IMG/VR virus record: IMGVR_UViG_3300033153_013547
Span: 197,125 to 261,124 of that record
Reading direction: 5' to 3' (one strand)
DNA: 64,000 nucleotides
A program made the position numbers and the translations under genes. Shown here piece after piece: positions 1 through 8,886 of this stretch (the first letter of the stretch is position 1; every line of letters begins with the position of its first letter). The notes beneath the pieces were generated by a model that made no database searches, was not told the origin of the DNA, and saw only the letters and a list, made by a program, of their open reading frames with translations.

Positions 1-45
1 AAAATATCTGATAGAGGACTAATCTCAAGGGATCCTTGTTGTACC

Positions 46-1389
46 ATGCATTCTTCTAATATATCATTAGGATCTGCCAACCCAAAACCAACCAATTATT
101 CTTATGCTTATTCTAATAGAAATATAGACCAGAACGTGGGAACGGCATTGAGCTCAGATTTAGATATTGACATGCTACTACCCATAATAGATGGATATAT
201 TGAAATAACCAATGATCTGTCTAATTTTAGTGAAGATATTGATCTTGTTTCAAAAGAATTTGCTAATACCAGGGAAGAATCAATAGCCATTGGGCAAACA
301 GTAGGGGTTGCCAACCCAATTGGAAGTGTTTCCCCAACACTATTAGACAAAATCTCTGAATTAGAAACGTCTGTTAATAAGGTGATTCAAATGTCAGCTG
401 TTTCAGGTGTAACTGACAGCATAGACGATCTCTCCATTGCTGAAAGATACAGCACTCTGAAAGAACTGGCTAACAAAATTGGTGCAGCAAAATTTGGCAT
501 AACAAATGCTGACATAATGAACTTTGCTAAGTCTGACCAAACAACCAGGATACTCAAGATATTTAGGGATATATTAGGCATTCTTGCTCTCAAAGATTCA
601 ATAGATAATATAGTAAGCAACCCCAACTTCAAGGGTATAAACAACATTGCTATTGGAAGTAATGGAGGGCAGTCTTGTTTGATGGATGTTGCTACTGATG
701 ATGAGCTTCAGGGAAGTCTTAATACCAGCATAAGTCTTGGAGATTTTTTCAATGCCCATTGTGATATCTATCCAAGAACAGTTGTGCCCTATCATTTCAT
801 AGCAGGACCATTAGATAAATCTTCAGCTCAAAAAGAATATTATCAAAGCATTCAGTGGAATATAGATAGCATTGACATGGCTGAAACAACAGATGTTGTA
901 ACAGATATTAAACTTAGTGCCAACGGTGCTGGCAATGTTTTTACTATTATTGTTACTACTTCCATGCCAGATATGTTTAGGCAAAATCAAGGGCTTGTGG
1001 GTTTCTGGTTCAAATTAAAAGACGAATACAATTTTAGTCCACATGTACCATCAAGATATGGCTTTGATGAAGGCCCCAATCATTTTATAACCAATTATAT
1101 ATATGATTCCACAACAGAAAGAGGAACCATAACATATAGAGGAAGACTCACCGCCATCATGAAATATATGGGCCCAATCACATTGATCACTTTCAATTCA
1201 GGAAAGATAAATGTGGGATGGCAGACCCACTTTGGCAACCCCGAAAGCGACAAAGATTACGGCACTTGGTCTACATTTGGATGGATTGCTGTGAGAAATG
1301 ATTTTATTGGAGCTACAAGAAATGGGCTCCAACACGTGGGTATATACACAGAAGCACCTACTGACGAGGATATGTTAGGTTATATTTAG
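46..1389 (+). CDS. hypothetical protein, probable virion structural protein (447 aa)
   Basis: Long ORF with a helical N-half and an aromatic/beta-rich C-half; coupled to the next large ORF; no recognised motif. Confidence 0.45.
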   Translation: MHSSNISLGSANPKPTNYSYAYSNRNIDQNVGTALSSDLDIDMLLPIIDGYIEITNDLSNFSEDIDLVSKEFANTREESIAIGQTVGVANPIGSVSPTLLDKISELETSVNKVIQMSAVSGVTDSIDDLSIAERYSTLKELANKIGAAKFGITNADIMNFAKSDQTTRILKIFRDILGILALKDSIDNIVSNPNFKGINNIAIGSNGGQSCLMDVATDDELQGSLNTSISLGDFFNAHCDIYPRTVVPYHFIAGPLDKSSAQKEYYQSIQWNIDSIDMAETTDVVTDIKLSANGAGNVFTIIVTTSMPDMFRQNQGLVGFWFKLKDEYNFSPHVPSRYGFDEGPNHFITNYIYDSTTERGTITYRGRLTAIMKYMGPITLITFNSGKINVGWQTHFGNPESDKDYGTWSTFGWIAVRNDFIGATRNGLQHVGIYTEAPTDEDMLGYI

Positions 1390-4300
1390 TGATGACATTT
1401 AACAATACAACTTTTATCAGATCTTATGATGAGTGGAAATCTGACATAGCATGGTCACACTCAGATTACACTGATCTCACTCCAGACATATTCAGCACCA
1501 AGGTGCATTTATATTCATCAGATCTCAGAGATGCTATCATTGCCAGGCTGGGAGCAGAATATGCAGTTAGCAATCATACATATAATCCTGATACAGATGA
1601 TATAAAATACTACAAAAGAATCATGCCCAACACTGTCATTTATGCTAGACATGTGACAGATGGTATTAAGGCTATTTTGGATATAGATTCTAATGTTATA
1701 GCAGCCTCTGATACACTTGATCAATTGTGGGATTATACTGGTCTACTTGGTCAAGACACAATTTCTTATGTTTTAGTTTCTCAAGTGCTGGCTAATCTAA
1801 AAACAATCCATGATGTTTGTTTTTCATATAACTTTAATCTTTACAATGAATCATATCAGACGTTGTTCAATGCCACAACAGAACAATACCGTCAACTGGG
1901 TTCTCTTTTCAACATTTTCTTTGGACATGATTATGGATCATATACAGATGCCACAACTGATTCATTGCCAATAGCAATGCTTCCTCGTTGTGACTATGCT
2001 TTCCCATATATGCTGAATATCAATAGGTCTTTATTTGGTGATCATTCATTTGTCAATGAAGAAACAAGAAAAACACTGAATATCAGCAACATATTTGGAA
2101 ACATCAAATCCATATATCTCAATTATTATAGAGATCTTCTTACCCTTGACAACTATAAACATTCTCTATATGATACAATCAGACTACTCATAATTGGATC
2201 AGCATTATCTGGCTCAACCCTAACTGGAGTAGGAAGATTATATCATAATAAACTAAGCCCCTATGCATATTTCAATGTCAATAACTACACTTTCAAAGAC
2301 AAAAGTTATTCCTACACTCCAGGAGTAACTGCTAACGTGTTGTATGCTGGAGACAATCTTTCCATATCTGACAAATTGTGTTATATGGACGAATATTATG
2401 ATGGAATGTATCTAACTGGCACGGACAATGCCTCAAGCATGGCCACATCAATGGGACACATTGTTATAGATAGATTTATTGGCTGGCGTTTTGATTCTGA
2501 TAACACTTCATTTGTCAATAATCCTACAATTCATGTTTCAAAAGTTCATGACAATCATCCAAAAATTGAGATTATACAAACATCTTCTTCTGATTACAGT
2601 ACATCAGAACTGAAGAATATTTGTGAGAGAATCTTGGATGATTCCGTTTTTGATAGTGATAAAATTGTATTTCACAATGCTTCCATTATAGATTACAGAC
2701 TTTACTCCCGATTCAATCTAAAATACTTCTTTCCTTCTTCCACAGGAATCAAGACGGTTGTAAACATAGAAGAAATGATGTTTTCCACTGGCGGTGCAGA
2801 TATCAATATAGGAAGCACAGGATCTTATGGTACGGAAGATGATCAACTTGGTAGAAGTTTTGATTATAATACAAGATATAGCCTGTATCCTTCATCACTA
2901 ATTGATGTCTTTAACAATCTTAGTAAAATCAACAAGGTATATTTAGCAGATGGAACATTCTACACTAATAGCAACAATACTGATCCAGAATACTTGAAAT
3001 TTCCTATTCCTTTTGGCACAGTCGATGCAGAAGGCGGAAATATTAAAATAGATGAGGGAAATTTAGACCCCCTTGGTTGTTGCAATGATGATTTAGTAGG
3101 AATGTATGATGAAATAACTTACACAACCACGGCGTCTCCTCCTACCATTCATAAAATTTTCAAATCATCCAGAAGTACAGCGGCTGATTATTCAAATTCT
3201 GATAGTCATTATTGCACTCTCGAAATTAGGCCAGATGTTGACAGTATAGAATCCATATCACAATCTAATATTTTTTACAATGGCATCAGTCATGGTGATC
3301 TTGGTTTCCTTGATAGTAAATATTCTTATAACAACAACTATCCAGCAGCCATGGTGCTTGATGATGGATCAATCAAGGTATGTTTTTATGGAGAAATACA
3401 TCCCAATGGATTTGGAACATATCCTTATTATCTTGGCCTATTCCAAATAAGGTTTTATAGAAGGCCTACATATAGTTCTACTCACTCAACAACTTTGGAT
3501 CCCCTGTTCATAAATACCATCAATGCCAATGCAACTGCTGGTAAAACAGACAAGCTTATTAGATCAGCCAAGGTGCTTGCAGATGAGGTTGGTAGCACAA
3601 GTGGGGATCAATTAGCAGGTAGTATCAAAAAATTAGAAACATTTGTCAACACTTTGTTATCTAAATCAATACCACCAGGTAGCACAGCTAAACCTGCTTT
3701 GGCAACCCAAAATGACTTTACCTTGACCAACAGCAATGATTCACAAAAAACATTTGTGTCTGACAATCCTATAATATATTATGGAATACAGAGAATTGAT
3801 GGTACTGTTGCTGGCAATGAGGATAATATAGGTGATCCAATGCTTGAATATATGTGTGGAGGGTTTGGTGGATTTGAGATGGGGGATCTTAGCACATATA
3901 AAGACAACATGGTTGTTTGGCACAATGGACAGACCTATAATATTGCCAGCATTGTTGGTGGGCTAATAACTTTAGAGGCAGGAGAAGACCCAGCCATTCC
4001 TTTGGGTGATCCATATGTCATTAAGTGGAGAAATAGTGATATAAGTGAGATTTCTAAACTCAATGCAATCTTTGGTGGATCTGATGAGTTTGTAGGTAGT
4101 ATAGGATATTTCCCCAAACACGACCATGCTCGTTTATTGTCAGAACTACGTATACGTTTAGATCAAGCCAAAAATCACAAGATATTTGAAGCATACAATA
4201 GTATCAATGCACCTATTGCTATATCTGGAGAATTTGGAATTAGTATTGGTGGATCAGGAGAAGTAATAATACCAAACTCTTCTGGTTGGACAGATGCCCC

Positions 4301-4532
4301 TGCTGTTATGTGTGCAGGGACTTCTTTCAGAAATCCGGGTAACAATGATTATAGTAAGGGTGATGGACCACCAATGACCCTGGATTATAGTGTTATTCGC
4401 GGTAGTACTGCCATCACTGACAACTGGAAAATTGCTTGGACACATACGGGCAACTTTACATCACTAATGACGGTTTCATATCTTGCCGTCAGATCATATC
4501 TCATTTCACCTTCAATTTATACCGCAGGATAG
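1389..4532 (+). CDS. large hypothetical protein, probable baseplate/tail structural protein (1047 aa; ATG at 1392)
   Basis: Very long S/T/N/Y/D-rich ORF; C-terminus (WKIAWTHTGNFTSLMTVSYLAVRS) resembles beta-sandwich tips of tail proteins; function inferred only. Confidence 0.45.
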   Translation: MMTFNNTTFIRSYDEWKSDIAWSHSDYTDLTPDIFSTKVHLYSSDLRDAIIARLGAEYAVSNHTYNPDTDDIKYYKRIMPNTVIYARHVTDGIKAILDIDSNVIAASDTLDQLWDYTGLLGQDTISYVLVSQVLANLKTIHDVCFSYNFNLYNESYQTLFNATTEQYRQLGSLFNIFFGHDYGSYTDATTDSLPIAMLPRCDYAFPYMLNINRSLFGDHSFVNEETRKTLNISNIFGNIKSIYLNYYRDLLTLDNYKHSLYDTIRLLIIGSALSGSTLTGVGRLYHNKLSPYAYFNVNNYTFKDKSYSYTPGVTANVLYAGDNLSISDKLCYMDEYYDGMYLTGTDNASSMATSMGHIVIDRFIGWRFDSDNTSFVNNPTIHVSKVHDNHPKIEIIQTSSSDYSTSELKNICERILDDSVFDSDKIVFHNASIIDYRLYSRFNLKYFFPSSTGIKTVVNIEEMMFSTGGADINIGSTGSYGTEDDQLGRSFDYNTRYSLYPSSLIDVFNNLSKINKVYLADGTFYTNSNNTDPEYLKFPIPFGTVDAEGGNIKIDEGNLDPLGCCNDDLVGMYDEITYTTTASPPTIHKIFKSSRSTAADYSNSDSHYCTLEIRPDVDSIESISQSNIFYNGISHGDLGFLDSKYSYNNNYPAAMVLDDGSIKVCFYGEIHPNGFGTYPYYLGLFQIRFYRRPTYSSTHSTTLDPLFINTINANATAGKTDKLIRSAKVLADEVGSTSGDQLAGSIKKLETFVNTLLSKSIPPGSTAKPALATQNDFTLTNSNDSQKTFVSDNPIIYYGIQRIDGTVAGNEDNIGDPMLEYMCGGFGGFEMGDLSTYKDNMVVWHNGQTYNIASIVGGLITLEAGEDPAIPLGDPYVIKWRNSDISEISKLNAIFGGSDEFVGSIGYFPKHDHARLLSELRIRLDQAKNHKIFEAYNSINAPIAISGEFGISIGGSGEVIIPNSSGWTDAPAVMCAGTSFRNPGNNDYSKGDGPPMTLDYSVIRGSTAITDNWKIAWTHTGNFTSLMTVSYLAVRSYLISPSIYTAG

Positions 4533-4713
4533 GCAAAAAGCAATAATTTACATTTTTTTGGGTATAATATACTGTGATTCGAAAAATTATTTCAATAATT
4601 GGTATTCTCTTCTCAATATATTGTCTGTATCAATATATCAAGAAACACAAAGTCAATCCTGCTGTTCTACATACCTACAAATTGCTAAGCAATGGGCTAC
4701 GCTTAGCTATGTC

Positions 4714-5304
4714 ATGTGGGGTGAAGATGTAAATTTGACTGATAATTATATCTATGGCATTGATCCATCTATACACAACACTGGTTTCTGTATAAGCTTG
4801 CTGGACAAGTCATCTATAATTTTTGCTACTAACATTGTGGGTACTCATGATAATTACTATGACAATGCTATCAAGATCACCAATGTTATTGGTGATTATG
4901 TAAAAAAATATCCTCCTAAATATGCTATCATTGAGTCAGTATATTCTGGTTTCAATGCCCAAACAACAATAAAATTATCTATGTTAAGAGGTATGCTATG
5001 TTATGTGCTAAATAGCCGTGCTAAATGCAATGTTTACACTGGATATCTCTCTACTGCCAAACATTTACTAGGCATAAAAAAAGAAACAGATTTACTATTT
5101 CCTCACATGTGGTCAGGTCCAAGGATCAAAAAATTCAATAATAAACCATCTATAAAAGACACAAAAATAGCATCTCATAATTATATCTTTCACAATAAAG
5201 TGTGGGATAAACCAATAGATGACAACATATCTGATGCAATCATTCTTGCTCATACTTTTCAGAAATATCCCAATGGATTTTCCAGTATAAAGGATTTTGT
5301 ATAG
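4714..5304 (+). CDS. ruvC: RuvC-like Holliday junction resolvase (start ATG 4714 or TTG 4735)
   Basis: IYGIDPSIHNTGF, AIIESVY, TIKLSMLRG and DNISDAIILA match the RuvC catalytic D/E/D-D motifs. Confidence 0.85.
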   Translation: MWGEDVNLTDNYIYGIDPSIHNTGFCISLLDKSSIIFATNIVGTHDNYYDNAIKITNVIGDYVKKYPPKYAIIESVYSGFNAQTTIKLSMLRGMLCYVLNSRAKCNVYTGYLSTAKHLLGIKKETDLLFPHMWSGPRIKKFNNKPSIKDTKIASHNYIFHNKVWDKPIDDNISDAIILAHTFQKYPNGFSSIKDFV

Positions 5305-5305
5305 C

Positions 5306-6085
5306 ATGGCAACAAAAAAGGCAAGAAAAAAAAGAAAGATCTCTGATGCCCAGAAACAAAAAGAAGCAAGAATCACAGAATTAGTGATTGAGTACCAGAA
5401 TGGTAGTGTTGCATCTGATGAATTATTGGATTACTACAACAACTTGTTTAATGCCTATAAATCTTTACTTAAAGATGGGAATTACAGGGTCAATAGCAAA
5501 AGTGTGACGGAATTTGTCAAATTATTCATGGGAGACAAGGTATCACGTCGAAAAACAAAAAGATACAAGGTTTATAGTGAATTTTACAACACAGTAAATC
5601 ATATAAGATATTATATGCAGGATCTTGATGCCAAAGACATAGAACATGAGCTCAAAGTCATATTTCTAACTCTTGCTAAAAATTGGAAGAAGATGGAGGG
5701 AATCGTATTTACAGGATACATAAATGGATTATTTCACTACTATGTCAAGGACTGGGTTAAACGCCACATGACTGGCGTTCCTAAAGACAAAGATCAAGAA
5801 GACATTAATTCTCTCACAAACGTCGTTGCTGATCATGAAGATCCTGCTGATATTGTTATTTCTGACGATATTGACGAAGACTGGGTTGTAGGACTTACTT
5901 GTAAATGGCCATGGACAGAACTAACCAAAGAAGAAAGAGAAGATGTTGTCCTACTTTGGCAAAAAAAGCTCAATCGTAAAGAATATGCCTATCTCAAGTG
6001 TATGAGGCAGTTGGCAGATGTTAGTACAAGAAAAAAACAGATCAAAGACAAGATCAGAACAATTATTAACAAAGGAAAACAATGA
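5306..6085 (+). CDS. phage sigma-70-like RNA polymerase sigma factor
   Basis: Region-2-like DIEHELKVIFLTLAKNW...FTGYINGLFHYYVKDWVKR and region-4-like WTELTKEEREDVVLLWQKKLNRKEYA...VSTRKKQIKDKIR. Confidence 0.6.
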   Translation: MATKKARKKRKISDAQKQKEARITELVIEYQNGSVASDELLDYYNNLFNAYKSLLKDGNYRVNSKSVTEFVKLFMGDKVSRRKTKRYKVYSEFYNTVNHIRYYMQDLDAKDIEHELKVIFLTLAKNWKKMEGIVFTGYINGLFHYYVKDWVKRHMTGVPKDKDQEDINSLTNVVADHEDPADIVISDDIDEDWVVGLTCKWPWTELTKEEREDVVLLWQKKLNRKEYAYLKCMRQLADVSTRKKQIKDKIRTIINKGKQ

Positions 6086-6345
6086 TTGACATAAACAAAG
6101 TAAAAATGATCAAGAACAAAGTGTTGATAAAGAAAAATGCCCTGGAAGACATTGTACTAAACTCAGGTATTATTATTACTAAAGGAGTTCAACAAAGAAC
6201 CAACAATGGTGTGGTTTTGAGTGTTGGACCAAAGGCAAAATCTGTCAATGTGGGAGACCATGTATGCTTTGTGAATTTGATCTGGGATATAAGTGCTGAT
6301 TATGTTGTTGTGCTAGACAAAGATGTTATTTTGAAATGGAGTTAG
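6082..6345 (+). CDS. groES: co-chaperonin GroES/Cpn10 paralog 1
   Basis: NKVLIKK...SGIIIT...GVVLSVGP...VNVGDHVCF...VVVLDKDVIL follows the Cpn10 pattern. Confidence 0.8.
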   Translation: MIDINKVKMIKNKVLIKKNALEDIVLNSGIIITKGVQQRTNNGVVLSVGPKAKSVNVGDHVCFVNLIWDISADYVVVLDKDVILKWS

Positions 6346-7325
6346 CCCCACATCTCCAAAAAATCATTTTTTAGATTTAGCTCTTCTCCTAATATTCCAT
6401 CCATATAAGGTATAATCTGATCTATAGCATCAGATACAGCCTGTTTGACATTCTTTGTTTCAGTCATTTTTACTTTGAGACCTGTAACCAATGCTTGGGT
6501 GATAGGATGAAGAACTTCCTCCTGCTTATCAAATGTCAACGAGTAATTCATCGCATACGCGGCGTTCGATGCGACTTCAAATATATCGTCAGGATCAGGT
6601 AAATCAATTTTCCCATAGGCACTTCGTAACACCGAAACAGATAAAATGCAATCACATTCAATATCTGCATAATGCATAAAATTACTCACACTACCATCTG
6701 GAACTAATTCCAAGGTTCCGCCATCTATAAATTTACGTGTTCCAATATCCATTGGTCTAAATACACATGGAATAGCACTCGACGCTCGCACAAGATCAGA
6801 TAGTCTCAAGGTAGGTTCGTAAACAAAATTCCACTTGTTCTCCTTGATTACCTCTTGGCTCACAAACTGAAAATCATATGGAGGAACACCATCAATAGCT
6901 GCTGTGGTAATTAATAATGGGAGATCTACATCTATCATGAGCTTTTTGTTATAAAGTTTTTCTAAAGCTTTATGAAGGGCAGTCCCTCTCAATAAACCTG
7001 TGAAATCAGAATTCTTTCTAAACTTACCCAATATTGGTAGCCTATCTAAAATATATTGTGTAAGATCTTGATCAAGAATATTTTTCTTCTTGAATTTAGA
7101 AATAGCGTCAATCATTTGTTTAATAACAAAGGGATCTTCTAAGACTTTTTTATGATTGAGGGCAATATGAGCTGCTGCTATAGCCCCTCCAGAGGCTCCT
7201 GCAACAGCCACCAACTCTACTTTATCTTTCAGAAGATTACTAAGAATATAATAAGCACCTATACCTGCAGCATAGCTTTTTAGAGAACATACAGAAATTG
7301 ATAATGCAATTTTTTTTCTACTCAT
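6342..7325 (-). CDS. patatin-like phospholipase
   Basis: GASGG nucleophile elbow (VAGASGGAIAAA), LVRASSAIPCVF and FIDGG catalytic Asp motif. Confidence 0.85.
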   Translation of the reverse strand: MSRKKIALSISVCSLKSYAAGIGAYYILSNLLKDKVELVAVAGASGGAIAAAHIALNHKKVLEDPFVIKQMIDAISKFKKKNILDQDLTQYILDRLPILGKFRKNSDFTGLLRGTALHKALEKLYNKKLMIDVDLPLLITTAAIDGVPPYDFQFVSQEVIKENKWNFVYEPTLRLSDLVRASSAIPCVFRPMDIGTRKFIDGGTLELVPDGSVSNFMHYADIECDCILSVSVLRSAYGKIDLPDPDDIFEVASNAAYAMNYSLTFDKQEEVLHPITQALVTGLKVKMTETKNVKQAVSDAIDQIIPYMDGILGEELNLKNDFLEMWG

Positions 7326-7344
7326 TGGCAATTATGTTCTCCCT

Positions 7345-7602
7345 TTAATTTGTGTTGCCATTTTTCTTGATAAGACTAAGAAAACCAGGAAATTTATACA
7401 GGTTTGCTGAGGAAATCACACCCAAAGTCAAAATATACAAATAGGGATCAGCAGAAATTTGTATTAGCTCAGGATACCAAATAATCATTATTTTACTAGC
7501 CCAAGACAAAATAATATTTAGGGCTAGCAAACTAAATGAAGCTATGATCAATGACATATGCAATGCACTAATTTTATCTGATCCTCTGCGTCTTTCTGTC
7601 AT
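7345..7602 (-). CDS. holin-like membrane protein
   Basis: 85 aa, two hydrophobic segments, basic N-terminus (ERRR), downstream of the endolysin. Confidence 0.55.
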   Translation of the reverse strand: MTERRRGSDKISALHMSLIIASFSLLALNIILSWASKIMIIWYPELIQISADPYLYILTLGVISSANLYKFPGFLSLIKKNGNTN

Positions 7603-7690
7603 GTTTTTGTTCCTTCTGTGTGTTGCTTATAGTAATTTGGCACACATCACTGATCCATAGGTTGGATCCGTATAATTCACTGTTTTGTTT

Positions 7691-7768
7691 TTAGCCAGCA
7701 CTAAGAGTTGCTACTGCAGCTGCTCCCAAAATAATTGCCATTATTGTATAAAGAATCAATTCAAGCAT
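7691..7768 (-). CDS. 25-aa hydrophobic micropeptide MLELILYTIMAIILGAAAVATLSAG
   Basis: Translated by hand; GGTGA RBS-like element upstream; similar to the peptide at 8778-8852. Confidence 0.5.
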   Translation of the reverse strand: MLELILYTIMAIILGAAAVATLSAG

Positions 7769-7783
7769 CGTTATCACCATTTT

Positions 7784-8536
7784 TCAATAAGTCAGTATAC
7801 CATACAAACTACTAATTTTTCTTTCTCTAATATAAACTCCTCCACCTTCTCTTGATCCTGATGGATTAGTATTCCCTTCAATAGTTACTACATAACCTGG
7901 TCTATCAGATAATCGAACGATAAATCCAATATGTCCAACTCTCTTCAGTTTTTTATAATATAACAAAAAACATGCCCCTGGCTTGATCAATTTCCAATCA
8001 GCAAGCAAAGAATTGACAGGCAACCATGTTTTAGATTTCTTAGCTGCATTTAACCAACTTGGAGTGTATCCTTTATATGCTGTGGGAATTTTTATAGGAG
8101 AGGATTTGCCCAAGGTTGCTGCAGCTTCTGCAATACACCACCATGTAAAGGCAGCACACCATGGTTGAGGAGAATCATAGCCAGCAGATTTCAAATATTT
8201 CTTTACTGGTCCCCAATTGCTATTTTTAGGCACTTCTCTAACACCATTTTCTTCAAGAGCTATTTCCAGTGCCTTTTTCATCATACCTTTAGGTTTAGCA
8301 GTATTCCATCCTGGTACTTGAGAATTGTTGAGAGCCCACCAAGTTGCTGGTCCAACTATTCCATCTATTTCCAGTGGAAGATCATCTGGTCCATCACACT
8401 TGGCTTGAAAATCTAATACAGATTCCAGTGTTTTAGGACCAAATATACCATCTACTACAATCTTGAAACCAACTGATTTCAATAGACGTTGTAGTTTTTT
8501 TACAGGTGCACCCTTAGTACCAATTGTGATCCACAT
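7784..8536 (-). CDS. endolysin: peptidoglycan-binding domain + CHAP amidase/peptidase
   Basis: PG-binding repeats (VKKLQRLL, DGIFGPKT, DGIVGPATW); CHAP motifs WCAAF, GHIGFI, TIEGNT. Confidence 0.9.
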   Translation of the reverse strand: MWITIGTKGAPVKKLQRLLKSVGFKIVVDGIFGPKTLESVLDFQAKCDGPDDLPLEIDGIVGPATWWALNNSQVPGWNTAKPKGMMKKALEIALEENGVREVPKNSNWGPVKKYLKSAGYDSPQPWCAAFTWWCIAEAAATLGKSSPIKIPTAYKGYTPSWLNAAKKSKTWLPVNSLLADWKLIKPGACFLLYYKKLKRVGHIGFIVRLSDRPGYVVTIEGNTNPSGSREGGGVYIRERKISSLYGILTY

Positions 8537-8601
8537 TGTGTCCTCCAGTAATCATATATTTATTAGTTTGTTTTTTACTATTTTTTTCATTTATATGCTA
8601 C

Positions 8602-8718
8602 TTATTTGTTGTCTTCTTCCTTCTTCCTAACAAAAGCCCCAATCAAAGACCAGAAGACAGTTCTAAGTCCTTTCCAAATTGATTTACGAATTATTGTCCA
8701 GTTAATTTTCTTACTCAT
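8602..8718 (-). CDS. 38-aa cationic amphipathic peptide MSKKINWTIIRKSIWKGLRTVFWSLIGAFVRKKEEDNK
   Basis: Translated by hand; GGAGG RBS; lies between the tail fibre and the endolysin. Confidence 0.55.
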   Translation of the reverse strand: MSKKINWTIIRKSIWKGLRTVFWSLIGAFVRKKEEDNK

Positions 8719-8777
8719 TGTTGTTATCCTCCAGTGGCCCTTCTGTTTTTCATTGTTGTTCCTCTTTTGTTGTTGTG

Positions 8778-8852
8778 TTAGGCAAAGGTGGCTACAGCTG
8801 CAATACCCAAAACAACTGCAAGCACTGTTGCAATAATTAGGTCAAAAAACAT
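8778..8852 (-). CDS. 24-aa hydrophobic micropeptide MFFDLIIATVLAVVLGIAAVATFA
   Basis: Translated by hand; GAGGTG RBS 6-7 nt upstream of ATG. Confidence 0.55.
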   Translation of the reverse strand: MFFDLIIATVLAVVLGIAAVATFA

Positions 8853-8886
8853 TTTCTGCACCTCATTTTTATTATTATCCACATAA

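Noticed and set aside
4684-4707. GCTAAGC-N10-GCTTAGC hairpin upstream of ruvC
   Set aside because: 7-bp stem with no U-tract and no recurrence; could be chance.
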